64,000 bases of DNA from a virus (Duplodnaviria; Caudoviricetes): positions 5,918 through 69,917 of IMG/VR virus record IMGVR_UViG_3300047160_002980; one strand, 5' to 3'. The first letter of the stretch is position 1; every line of letters starts with the position of its first letter. A program made the translations under genes and the position numbers. Below, piece after piece: positions 24,982 to 33,473 of this stretch. A model generated the notes under the pieces. The model ran no database searches. It saw only the letters and a list, made by a program, of their open reading frames with translations, and was not told where the DNA came from.

Positions 24982-26978
24982 TGGATCATTCTCCTTTTGA
25001 GGGTTTCAAGTTCGTCGGCGAGGGTTTGTACCGCGCGCCAGAGAACCGCTGTCAATTCCGAATAGGCAATTCCCTCGTGACCGTCGCGATTGGTATAGCC
25101 GCCGAAGTCCTGGCCGAGGACCGCCGCGACCTCGTCGGCGATAAACCCGGCGTGGAGCCGGCGTTCAACGCGCTCGTCATGGATCAGCGTCCCCTCCTCG
25201 CGCCAGTGAAAATTTACCGGCTGAAGCGCGCGGACTGCCGCGAGCGTGTCCCTCAGGGGCGCGATATCGGTCTTCTCAGCGCGCCCGCTCACCGTGTTGA
25301 ACCAATAACTCGCCACTTGCGCCCAGGCGTTGCCGCCAAGGCCGCAGGACGCATTGTTGTTGTCGAGAAGGATGCCGCCGGACGTCCACAGGCAGCTGTC
25401 GCAGCGCATGTAGTTCGCCCAGTTATGCCAGTTCAGCCCGCCGATATAGACCCAGCCGTCGGCGCGGACGTCCCCCGACGAGTAGAGGTAAGTGCCGGCG
25501 ACAGAGGAGTTTGAGGAGACGGGGCCGCACCAGATCGTGCCGCGATTTAGCAGATTGACGTTGCCGTCCGTCTGGAAGTCGCCGCAGCGCATACCGCTGC
25601 CGGTGTACATCCAGCCGCCATTGTTCGACCAAGCCGGCCCGCCGGTCCCGCCGGCCCGCAGATAGCCGTTCGCCGCGATGTCGCCGCCCGAATTGAAGGA
25701 CGAGTAGCTGTAGAACCAGCCGCCATTGTTGATGCACTGGCAGCCATTGACCCAGAGATAGCCTCCGGTCGCAATCGAGTGCGACGAGTAGACCTCGCCC
25801 GTCGCCGAGACCCCGCCGTTGGTGTTGATCTGGCCGCTCGTGAAGAAATTGATGTTCGGGAACTTGATCGTGTGGTTGTTGTCGGCCCCGATATAAATCT
25901 GGTTGTCGGTATTCATCCCGATAAGGGTCCAGACCGAGCCGCCCGTGTCGTAGCCGTAGAGCCACCGCCCGTTCGGCAGGACACAATTCATGTAGAGCCA
26001 AAGCGTGCCGTCGCTGCTGATGCGGAACCGGTCGGCCCCGTTCCACAGGCGCGCTTCGTTCCCGTTCGAACAGTACCACTGCCACTGATAAGTGCTGCTC
26101 CGGTCATAGAAGACGAGACCGGCACCGCTCCCGGCGGACGCGATCTGACCCCAAACGTAGAACTGGCCGACCGCCTCAAGGTGCAAGTTCAAATGACCGG
26201 ACGAGATCGGGTCCCAGCCCATATAGCCCATGCGGGTCCCGTTTGGGTCGTACCACGCCGTATAGCCGGAATTGCTCGGCGTGCCGGGATTAAACTGGAC
26301 CCACCCGGAGCCGCCCGCCGTCGCCTTGATGATGTTGTTGTTGACCTGGATCGGCGCGTTCACGGTCAGCTGACCGCTGAGGGTGCCGCCCGACAAGGGC
26401 AAGTAGCCGCTGAGCTGGCCCTGCGTCGCGATAGTGACGGTCGCCGCCCCGTCGATATAGCCGAGGAGGTTCGCGCCGTCCCAGCCAAAGGCGATCCGGT
26501 GACCCGACCCCGTGCCGGGGTAACCGAGATAACTGATCCCCTGTCCGCCGACCCCGAGCGTCCCGCTAAGCGATCCGCCCGCAAGCGGGAGATACGGCGT
26601 CGCGACGTCAATCGTCTGCTGCGGCGCGGTCGCGGTGATCTTCAGGCCAGGACCGGCGATATACCCGGCGTCGCCGCCGACACCCTGCGGACCTTGCGGA
26701 CCCGTAGCGCCCTGCGCGCCCTGAGGACCTTGCGGCCCAGCGACACCCTGTAGCCCTTGCGGCCCCTGCACACCCTGCGCGCCTTGCGGCCCGGTTTGCC
26801 CGGTTGCGCCCGTATCCCCACGGGGACCCGCTGGCCCGGTCGGCCCCGGCGGACCAGGGACCGGCATCGTATTGTTGGCTTCCCACTTTTCGCCGTCGTA
26901 AATCCACGAGTTATTCGACGGCGGGCCGGGCGAGTAGATTTGCCCGACGGTCGGGCTATCGGGCCAGTCGAGGGCCAT
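24978..26978 (-). CDS. tail fibre 2: collagen-like segment, beta-rich body, Peptidase_S74 chaperone
   Basis: [12 protein letters not shown]…WIYDGEKW; GXY repeats; SGRAEK…GFIADEV. Confidence 0.88.
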   Translation of the reverse strand: MALDWPDSPTVGQIYSPGPPSNNSWIYDGEKWEANNTMPVPGPPGPTGPAGPRGDTGATGQTGPQGAQGVQGPQGLQGVAGPQGPQGAQGATGPQGPQGVGGDAGYIAGPGLKITATAPQQTIDVATPYLPLAGGSLSGTLGVGGQGISYLGYPGTGSGHRIAFGWDGANLLGYIDGAATVTIATQGQLSGYLPLSGGTLSGQLTVNAPIQVNNNIIKATAGGSGWVQFNPGTPSNSGYTAWYDPNGTRMGYMGWDPISSGHLNLHLEAVGQFYVWGQIASAGSGAGLVFYDRSSTYQWQWYCSNGNEARLWNGADRFRISSDGTLWLYMNCVLPNGRWLYGYDTGGSVWTLIGMNTDNQIYIGADNNHTIKFPNINFFTSGQINTNGGVSATGEVYSSHSIATGGYLWVNGCQCINNGGWFYSYSSFNSGGDIAANGYLRAGGTGGPAWSNNGGWMYTGSGMRCGDFQTDGNVNLLNRGTIWCGPVSSNSSVAGTYLYSSGDVRADGWVYIGGLNWHNWANYMRCDSCLWTSGGILLDNNNASCGLGGNAWAQVASYWFNTVSGRAEKTDIAPLRDTLAAVRALQPVNFHWREEGTLIHDERVERRLHAGFIADEVAAVLGQDFGGYTNRDGHEGIAYSELTAVLWRAVQTLADELETLKRRMIQ

Positions 26979-27313
26979 TATCCGCGCCGGGAGGGCGGAC
27001 CCGGCGGCGGCGGCGGATTATTGATCTCCAGCGTCGCCAGTTCCTCGTTAATCGCCGCCTGCCGTTGAACGAGCCATGCCCGAAGATCGGCGAGAAGCGC
27101 ATCGGAGGCGGGCCGCTCCAGGGTAATGGTAACCGACACCCCGGTCGTTATCGTCGGTACGACGGGCGGCGGCTGATTCGTTGGCGCGGGAGGAGGGCCA
27201 ACGGTAAAATTCAGCAGACCTCCCCCGCCGTCGAGATTGGAGACCGCCGCCTGGGTCCGCTCGCTCTCACCATAAAGCATGTTGGCGCGGGGAAGGTCGG
27301 TATATTCGGTCAC
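26978..27313 (-). CDS. fibre-associated protein (paralog of 18041..18550)
   Basis: PRANMLY…AAVSNL; GTGA/TAATG coupling. Confidence 0.7.
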   Translation of the reverse strand: MTEYTDLPRANMLYGESERTQAAVSNLDGGGGLLNFTVGPPPAPTNQPPPVVPTITTGVSVTITLERPASDALLADLRAWLVQRQAAINEELATLEINNPPPPPGPPSRRG

Positions 27314-30300
27314 GCGAGCCTCGCTTTCAGGGATTGCACTTCAGCCGCCAGTTCCTGCACGGCCTTCCATAACACGGCAGTTATCTCATTGTAGTTGATG
27401 GCTTCGCGCCCCCATTCGTCCCGGTCGTAGCCGCCAAAATCCTCGCCAAGCGCGCTCGCCACTTCGTCGGCGATAAATCCGCTGTGTATCTTTGCCTTAA
27501 TCCGCAAAACCTGCGGGTGGAGAGGCGGTATGTCCTCCTCTGGCGTGAAGTTGATCATGCCTGCGCCCCGAGGCTCGTCTCTCCAGCGAAAGACGCGCGG
27601 CGTCAACGCGGTGACCCTGTCGAGCGCGCCGCCGGGCAAGTCGGCGATATCGGTCTTCTCGGCCCGGCCCGACGGATTATTGAACCAGTACGCGGCGACC
27701 TGTGCGTAAGCGTTACCCGAGAGACCGTCACTCACGGCGTTGTTTGAGTTGGGGAGGACGCCGTTGTTCAGGAGAACCTTTGAGCCGTACTGGTACCCGC
27801 CGGTCGCCTGGATATAGTAAGACGTGTCGCCGCTGTAGTAACAGACGCCGCCGCTAATAATGACATTACCCGAACACTGAATATTGCCGCCGCTGGCCTG
27901 CCAGTACGGCCCGCCGGTCCCCCCGGCTCTCAGCACGCCGTTCGCGGCAATATCGCTGCCGGAATTGAAGGGGCTACCCGTGTAGGCCCAGCCGCCGTTG
28001 TTCTGCCAGACGACGCCATTGGTGTTGAGGTAATTGTCGGTGTGGAGCGGCCACGGGCAATACATGTAGCCAGAGTTATTCTGCCAGTACATGCCGTTGA
28101 TGTAAACGACGCCGCCATTGGCCTGGAGGTTGCCGCCGCTGATGACGGTCTGCGGCGAGTACATGTTGCCGCTCTGGCTCTGCCAAGACGGCCCACTGTT
28201 GCCGACGTAGAGGACGCCGGCAGTGTTCAGATTGCCGTTTGAGTAGAAATCGGCGGCTCTGAGCGAACAGTTGAACTGGAACCAGCCGCCGTTCCAAGTG
28301 CAAGAGGTACTGCCCCCGCTAACGTCGAAATAAATCGTCGCGCCGCGAAAGTGCGTATTATGGCTTGGTTCGCCAACGTAAGTCTGGTTATCGGTGTAAA
28401 AAGCATAAAAGACCGGATAGGTCGTGCCGCCCGTGTCGGTGCCGTAGATTTCGACATTGTTGGCGAAATAGAGACCGCTGTTGAAGTTGACCCGATGACC
28501 GAAGCTGACCGAGCCGTCAACCATGCCGACCGTGAAGGGCCGCAGGGCGTTCCAGGAACCGTATTGGCTACCCGAGGCGGTCAGCAGGAGATAAAAATTG
28601 CTGCCGTCCTGGCGGAACATCGCACCGTAATTGCCGCCGACGAGCCTGAGACCTCCATAATTGCCAGCGCCGAGCGTGCTGATCAGTTCGCCATTGATAC
28701 TGAAAGTGCCGATATCGCTCAGTGAGGCGATAACCGCCGAGAAGGCGCTATTGATAAACTCCAGCCCGCCGGTCTGGTTGACCCGCAAGTATTTGTTTGG
28801 GTTCGTCGTCCCGGCGCTAGAATTGGTTAGCTGAAATCTGCCGCTGTAGCCACCGCCGTCCGTGTTGTTCATGACGAGATAACCGCCGTAGAACGTCACG
28901 CTATTTGAGACGTTAATCCAGCTGGCTCCCGACCCGCCGATATTGATATTGTTCCCGTTATCCACGCCGATCAGCGGGATATAAGCCGTCCCGGCGGCAT
29001 TGGTCCCGTAGTAGCTGTTGCTGTTGGTCAGGACGACGTTGCCGCCGCCCGAGAACCAATGCCCGCCCGACGCGATATAGCGGATCTGATTAGGCGCGGC
29101 GCTGGCGCTGCCATAGACCTGGATCGCTGGCCCGTTACCGTTCCAGAAGCCAAAGGTCCCCTGGCTCGTCGTCGCGCCGGTCCCGACACCGTAGTTCGCC
29201 GCGTAGATGTATCCGCCGGTCCAGATATTCCCGACGCTGTCGAACGTCACCCGCGAGGTCCAGGTCGGGGTAGACCCAGCCGCCCCGGTCGGGGCCGTCT
29301 GCCAATTAAATGTGTTGCCGGTCAGGGCGATAAGATTAGCAACCCCGGCGTTCATCAGCTTCCAGTTGGAAGTCGCCGAGGAGAAATAGGCGTTGAAGGC
29401 GACCGACCCGCCGCCCCAGGTGCTGACACCCGCCGCGATAACTTGACCTCCCGCTGAGTCCGCCGGGAGGTTGAACCCCGCCGATAGCGTCCCATCCATC
29501 TGGAGGTTGCCCGGCCCGGCGAGATGCCCACCGGTTAGCGGCAGATACGGCGTAACCACGTCAATCGTCGGCGGGGTCGTACCGCTGTTGATCGTCAGGC
29601 CCGGCCCGGCCTGATACCCCGACGTCCCCGGATTACCCTGTGGCCCCTGCGGCCCGACATCGCCGCGCGGGATCGTGAAGTTGAAGACCGCCGCGCTGGT
29701 CGTGCCGACATTGACGACGTTGGCGTTGGTGCCGGGCGCGCCGGTCGTCGTCGTTCCGGCGGTTGCTGTCGCCGCCGTGCCGGTCGCGCCGGTCGGCCCG
29801 GTTGCGCCCGTAGCGCCAGTCGCCCCGGTGTCGCCCTTATCGCCTTGCGGCCCCTGCGGCCCGAGCGGACCTTGCGGCCCGACCGTTCCCTGTATCCCTT
29901 GCGGACCTTGCGGCCCCGGTGTCCCTTGCGGACCTTGCGGCCCGACCAGCGAGGTCCCGGAGGGAGGCCACCCCACCGAGGTCTTCGGACCCCAGATAAA
30001 ATGGCTAGACGTGTCGAGATAGAAATCGCCGGCCTGCCCGATAGCGTTCGATGGCGGGCCGGACCCGTGCCAGATCGTGTTGCCGTTCGGCGGACCAATC
30101 GGCCCCGGCGGCCCCGGCGGGCCGATCATCCCAGGATTACAGACAACCCACTGGTCGGACGTCCCGTCGTCCACCCAGATGTACAACTGGCCCCCGTCCA
30201 TATCGTACCAGAGGTCGCCCGGCAGGACGTCGAGCGTCGGCGGGTTCGGGCTGGGCGTGATACTACTTCCCCCGCCGCCTCCCCCACCCCCGCCGCCGCC

Positions 30301-31032
30301 GCCCCCAATCGGCACGCCGTTGATATAGAACCCGCCTGTGGCATCGACGCGACCGCGCGCCTTGACGTTCCCGGTGTGGGTCGTCTGCGGCGTGTCGAGC
30401 GTGATCTGGTTCGCCGACTTGAGGTTGCTGTTCTGGACGTTTGTGTTGAAAGCCGAGCCGGCGACCGTCGTCGGATTGTTCGGCGTGTTCATCGTAATCG
30501 ACCCGTTATTCTGCGGGTCGAACGTGAAGTTGGTTTTGCCGTCGTCGGTCCTGATCTGGAACGTCTTGTTGTCCGGCGCTGGATTCAGTTTGTTCGGTTG
30601 CGACCTGAAGCCGGGGAACATGAAGGCGTCGCTGATGTCGTGCATCCGCGCGTCGGTCTGTTCCTGCGGCTGCCCCTGTTGCCACCATTTGTCTATCGAG
30701 CGAGACGCAAAGATCGCCAGCCCCTCATCGCCCTGCTTGACCGGCAGGACCAGGGTCACACCGCCACCTGACGGGTAGTAGATCGGCACGTCCTGGAGGA
30801 TGGGCATCTGGACCCACTGGTCCGAGCCGTCCGGTTTGAACTGCCGCAACTTGATCGTCGGCTGTATCTGGACGACGTTCCGCCCGTCATCGGGCTGATG
30901 GATCGCCGCCGGCAGCGAGGTCCACAAATGGGTACGGTCAGCCTCGACAACCCGGCGGTCGGTCTCCTCCTCATGGTCGTATCGCTCGCGCGGATCAAAC
31001 AGGCCGTTGCCGCCATTCCCGCCGTCGGCCAT
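27310..31032 (-). CDS. baseplate central spike (Gp138/gpV-like) fused to a collagen fibre and Peptidase_S74 chaperone (1240 aa)
   Basis: LWTSLPAAI…VQIQP…[11 protein letters not shown]…[21 protein letters not shown]…RMHDISDAF; Gly13 linker; GXY repeats; SGRAEK. Confidence 0.88.
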   Translation of the reverse strand: MADGGNGGNGLFDPRERYDHEEETDRRVVEADRTHLWTSLPAAIHQPDDGRNVVQIQPTIKLRQFKPDGSDQWVQMPILQDVPIYYPSGGGVTLVLPVKQGDEGLAIFASRSIDKWWQQGQPQEQTDARMHDISDAFMFPGFRSQPNKLNPAPDNKTFQIRTDDGKTNFTFDPQNNGSITMNTPNNPTTVAGSAFNTNVQNSNLKSANQITLDTPQTTHTGNVKARGRVDATGGFYINGVPIGGGGGGGGGGGGGSSITPSPNPPTLDVLPGDLWYDMDGGQLYIWVDDGTSDQWVVCNPGMIGPPGPPGPIGPPNGNTIWHGSGPPSNAIGQAGDFYLDTSSHFIWGPKTSVGWPPSGTSLVGPQGPQGTPGPQGPQGIQGTVGPQGPLGPQGPQGDKGDTGATGATGATGPTGATGTAATATAGTTTTGAPGTNANVVNVGTTSAAVFNFTIPRGDVGPQGPQGNPGTSGYQAGPGLTINSGTTPPTIDVVTPYLPLTGGHLAGPGNLQMDGTLSAGFNLPADSAGGQVIAAGVSTWGGGSVAFNAYFSSATSNWKLMNAGVANLIALTGNTFNWQTAPTGAAGSTPTWTSRVTFDSVGNIWTGGYIYAANYGVGTGATTSQGTFGFWNGNGPAIQVYGSASAAPNQIRYIASGGHWFSGGGNVVLTNSNSYYGTNAAGTAYIPLIGVDNGNNINIGGSGASWINVSNSVTFYGGYLVMNNTDGGGYSGRFQLTNSSAGTTNPNKYLRVNQTGGLEFINSAFSAVIASLSDIGTFSINGELISTLGAGNYGGLRLVGGNYGAMFRQDGSNFYLLLTASGSQYGSWNALRPFTVGMVDGSVSFGHRVNFNSGLYFANNVEIYGTDTGGTTYPVFYAFYTDNQTYVGEPSHNTHFRGATIYFDVSGGSTSCTWNGGWFQFNCSLRAADFYSNGNLNTAGVLYVGNSGPSWQSQSGNMYSPQTVISGGNLQANGGVVYINGMYWQNNSGYMYCPWPLHTDNYLNTNGVVWQNNGGWAYTGSPFNSGSDIAANGVLRAGGTGGPYWQASGGNIQCSGNVIISGGVCYYSGDTSYYIQATGGYQYGSKVLLNNGVLPNSNNAVSDGLSGNAYAQVAAYWFNNPSGRAEKTDIADLPGGALDRVTALTPRVFRWRDEPRGAGMINFTPEEDIPPLHPQVLRIKAKIHSGFIADEVASALGEDFGGYDRDEWGREAINYNEITAVLWKAVQELAAEVQSLKARLA

Positions 31033-31040
31033 GGCACCCC

Positions 31041-31382
31041 CTATGGCGTCGAGATAAAGAGATGCCCTTCCTTCCCGAGATTGGTGAAGGTCGGCACGTC
31101 GTCGGGCGGGACGCCAGGACCGATGGTCATGGCCGTAAGGATCGAGCGACCGACCGCGACCGGCGCGGCGCTGAGGTAGGCGAACTGCTCCAGGAGGTCG
31201 CACCCGGTCACGATAGGGATACCGCGAAGGATCGGGACGGTGCCGGTCTGGTCCCAGAGGTCGAGGACCCAGCACTTGCTGACCCAGTTCCAGCAAAAAT
31301 AGAGACTGTAGGTCACGCCGAGGACGGTCACGCGCTCGGTGAATGGATGACCGGAGACGGTCGGGATTTCGTAGTTGAACAT
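31041..31382 (-). CDS. baseplate plug-like protein
   Basis: WVLDLWD…ILRGIPIVTGCDLLEQF…NLG…L; conserved position. Confidence 0.8.
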   Translation of the reverse strand: MFNYEIPTVSGHPFTERVTVLGVTYSLYFCWNWVSKCWVLDLWDQTGTVPILRGIPIVTGCDLLEQFAYLSAAPVAVGRSILTAMTIGPGVPPDDVPTFTNLGKEGHLFISTP

Positions 31383-32164
31383 CAGAAGCCCGAAGACTGC
31401 GCCATCGGCGACGGCTGCGTGAAGCCCTTGTCGCCCAGCTGTTCGGACGTCGTGTTGAGGTAGACCGATTGGGTGACGGTCGCGTCGTTCCCTGGGCTTC
31501 CCGAAGCGTCGCCGGGCGGTATGTCGGTCGGCCCGGTCCCCGTGCGTACCGAGCTAAATCCGCCCGTCGCGGGCGCACCGGGATTTTCACCCGGCGGTAT
31601 CTCGGTCGGCCCGGTCCCGCTCCGCACCGTGTTAAATCCCCCGCTCGTCGTCGTCGGTTTAGGCTGCTGGTCGCCGTTCTTGGTCTGCGCCGAGGTCGAT
31701 TCAGGATCGCTTTGCTGTGTCGAGTCCGAAGAATACGATTGCAGCTGCGCCGTCTGGGTCGAAACGATAATGATCTGCTTGCAGATCAGTTCGGCCATCA
31801 GGACGAAGGCGCTGCTCTGGTCGGTTGAAACGACGATCCCCTGGAGGAGCATGTCGCGGTAGTGGCGCTTGCCCGTGTAGAGATCGAACGGCTGCAGCGC
31901 CGATTGCCACGCCAGAAGCGTGCCGTAGACCCCGCTCGTGTCGCTAAGGTCGCCCGCCCACCCGGCGGACCAGCCACAACGTATGATTACTTCCGACGGG
32001 CGCTTATAAGCGTGATCCGAGATCGGCGCGCCCTGTTCGACGGGATGCTCCGTTATGTGTAGCTCGTCCCGCTCCTGTTCGGAAATCCAGACCTGGGCGA
32101 CAATCCCGCCGACCGAGCGCGGATAGGGGACGAAGATACCGGGGGTCCAGGGGTTACCTTGCAC
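31382..32164 (-). CDS. Dit-like tail/baseplate protein
   Basis: AGGAGG RBS before GTG; ITEHPVEQGAPISDHAYKRP. Confidence 0.85.
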   Translation of the reverse strand: MQGNPWTPGIFVPYPRSVGGIVAQVWISEQERDELHITEHPVEQGAPISDHAYKRPSEVIIRCGWSAGWAGDLSDTSGVYGTLLAWQSALQPFDLYTGKRHYRDMLLQGIVVSTDQSSAFVLMAELICKQIIIVSTQTAQLQSYSSDSTQQSDPESTSAQTKNGDQQPKPTTTSGGFNTVRSGTGPTEIPPGENPGAPATGGFSSVRTGTGPTDIPPGDASGSPGNDATVTQSVYLNTTSEQLGDKGFTQPSPMAQSSGF

Positions 32165-33473
32165 GGCGGAACCCTCCTGGCGCGAGCGCGGGCGCGTTGC
32201 CGGGGTTCTGACCACGGCCCGGCGTCCCCAGCGAGGTCGCGGGGACCATGGTCCGGTCGAGCGCGTTGCCGTGCCACGCGCCTTGCAGGAGCGTACCGTC
32301 CTGGCCGGCGGCGACACAGACGATATGCGAGTACCATGGATTGCCGCGCGTGTCCCCATTATGGCCCAACGTGAGGATTTTGTAGACCCCGGTCGGACTT
32401 AGCGCCGGGGCCTCAAAGCTCCAATCGCCCATCGACGTTCCGGTCTGTGGATCGGTCCCTGAGAACGGTTTCGGGTCGCCGGGGATAAACGGAACGTCGG
32501 TCAGCAGCCCGGTGTCGATCTGGACTAGCGTGCCGAGCCGCAGCTTTGGATTTAGCAGGCACTCGGCTTCGATCCCGTCCGGCGTGACCTTTGGGATATT
32601 TACCAGCCCGGTCTTCGGCGACAGGATCACGACCTCGCTTTCGCGATACCCATTCCAGCTAATCGCGTGAGCCGTGCCGTTCTCGACGTACCAGTCCGAG
32701 CTGCAGGCGTTGGTCAGGTCGCGGATCGCGCGCCAGGACATCCCGCAATAGGCCGAGGCTCTGAGGCTCGGTTGCTTGCCGCCCGGCCCCATGTTAATCG
32801 TGCCGACCCTTAGCCCCATCTGTTCGGTGTGCTTCTTGACCTTGTCCTCCGGGGTCGTCCCCGCCGGGAAGGTCAGAACCGACGTCGAGCCGTTGATGTA
32901 GGTGTCGGCGTCGCCCGCGAATATCTCCAGATAGGAATCGACCGCGCTCTCCTTGCCGACGATATAGATCGCGACCGAGCCATCGAAGATCGTGCCGTAG
33001 TTATCGGTCTGATATCCCGCCGCCAGCTGAATGCGGCCAAACTGCTTGACCTGATCCTGGGTCTTTTTCGACAGGTTGTAGACCCGCGCGTGAAGCTGGT
33101 TCGGCTGCGAATCGACGGTCAAATGGAGGTCGAACGTGATCCGCATATTGCTGAGTTCGATACCGCCCTGGCTCGCCCCCTTGTCGCCGCCGCCGCCGAA
33201 GTCTCCCTGGTTAGGGTTAGACGCTGCGCCATAGGCAACAAGACTGCACTTCCGTAGCCATTGTCCCTGCCGGCCCTGGGACCGGCCCTGCGTGTCGAGA
33301 ACCCGCTCGGATGCGTTGACGCCCCACGGCTGATTTTGCGCCGTGGTCTCCTGCGGGTTGCTGACCTGGGGAAAGGACGCGGGCGCGGTCGGCGTGGAGT
33401 CGCCGATGGGAATTTCGGTCGGCCCAGAGCCGCCGCGTACCGTGCTAAAACCGCCAGGAGGAGCGTCAGCCAA
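32154..33473 (-). CDS. baseplate hub protein
   Basis: QWLRKCSL…RVYNLS…LAAGY…IFDG…LSPKTGLVNIP…CLLNPKL…GDTRGNPWY; probable TTG start. Confidence 0.85.
   Translation of the reverse strand: MADAPPGGFSTVRGGSGPTEIPIGDSTPTAPASFPQVSNPQETTAQNQPWGVNASERVLDTQGRSQGRQGQWLRKCSLVAYGAASNPNQGDFGGGGDKGASQGGIELSNMRITFDLHLTVDSQPNQLHARVYNLSKKTQDQVKQFGRIQLAAGYQTDNYGTIFDGSVAIYIVGKESAVDSYLEIFAGDADTYINGSTSVLTFPAGTTPEDKVKKHTEQMGLRVGTINMGPGGKQPSLRASAYCGMSWRAIRDLTNACSSDWYVENGTAHAISWNGYRESEVVILSPKTGLVNIPKVTPDGIEAECLLNPKLRLGTLVQIDTGLLTDVPFIPGDPKPFSGTDPQTGTSMGDWSFEAPALSPTGVYKILTLGHNGDTRGNPWYSHIVCVAAGQDGTLLQGAWHGNALDRTMVPATSLGTPGRGQNPGNAPALAPGGFRRAR

Noticed and set aside
18824-31032. Diversity-generating retroelement or invertible fibre cassette
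   Set aside because: No reverse transcriptase, no template/variable repeat pair with adenine-only differences, no invertase or inverted crossover sites seen
27310-31590. 1426-aa start for the spike-fibre
   Set aside because: The first 186 codons overlap the 31041 and 31382 genes in another frame; the spike domain begins at ATG 31032
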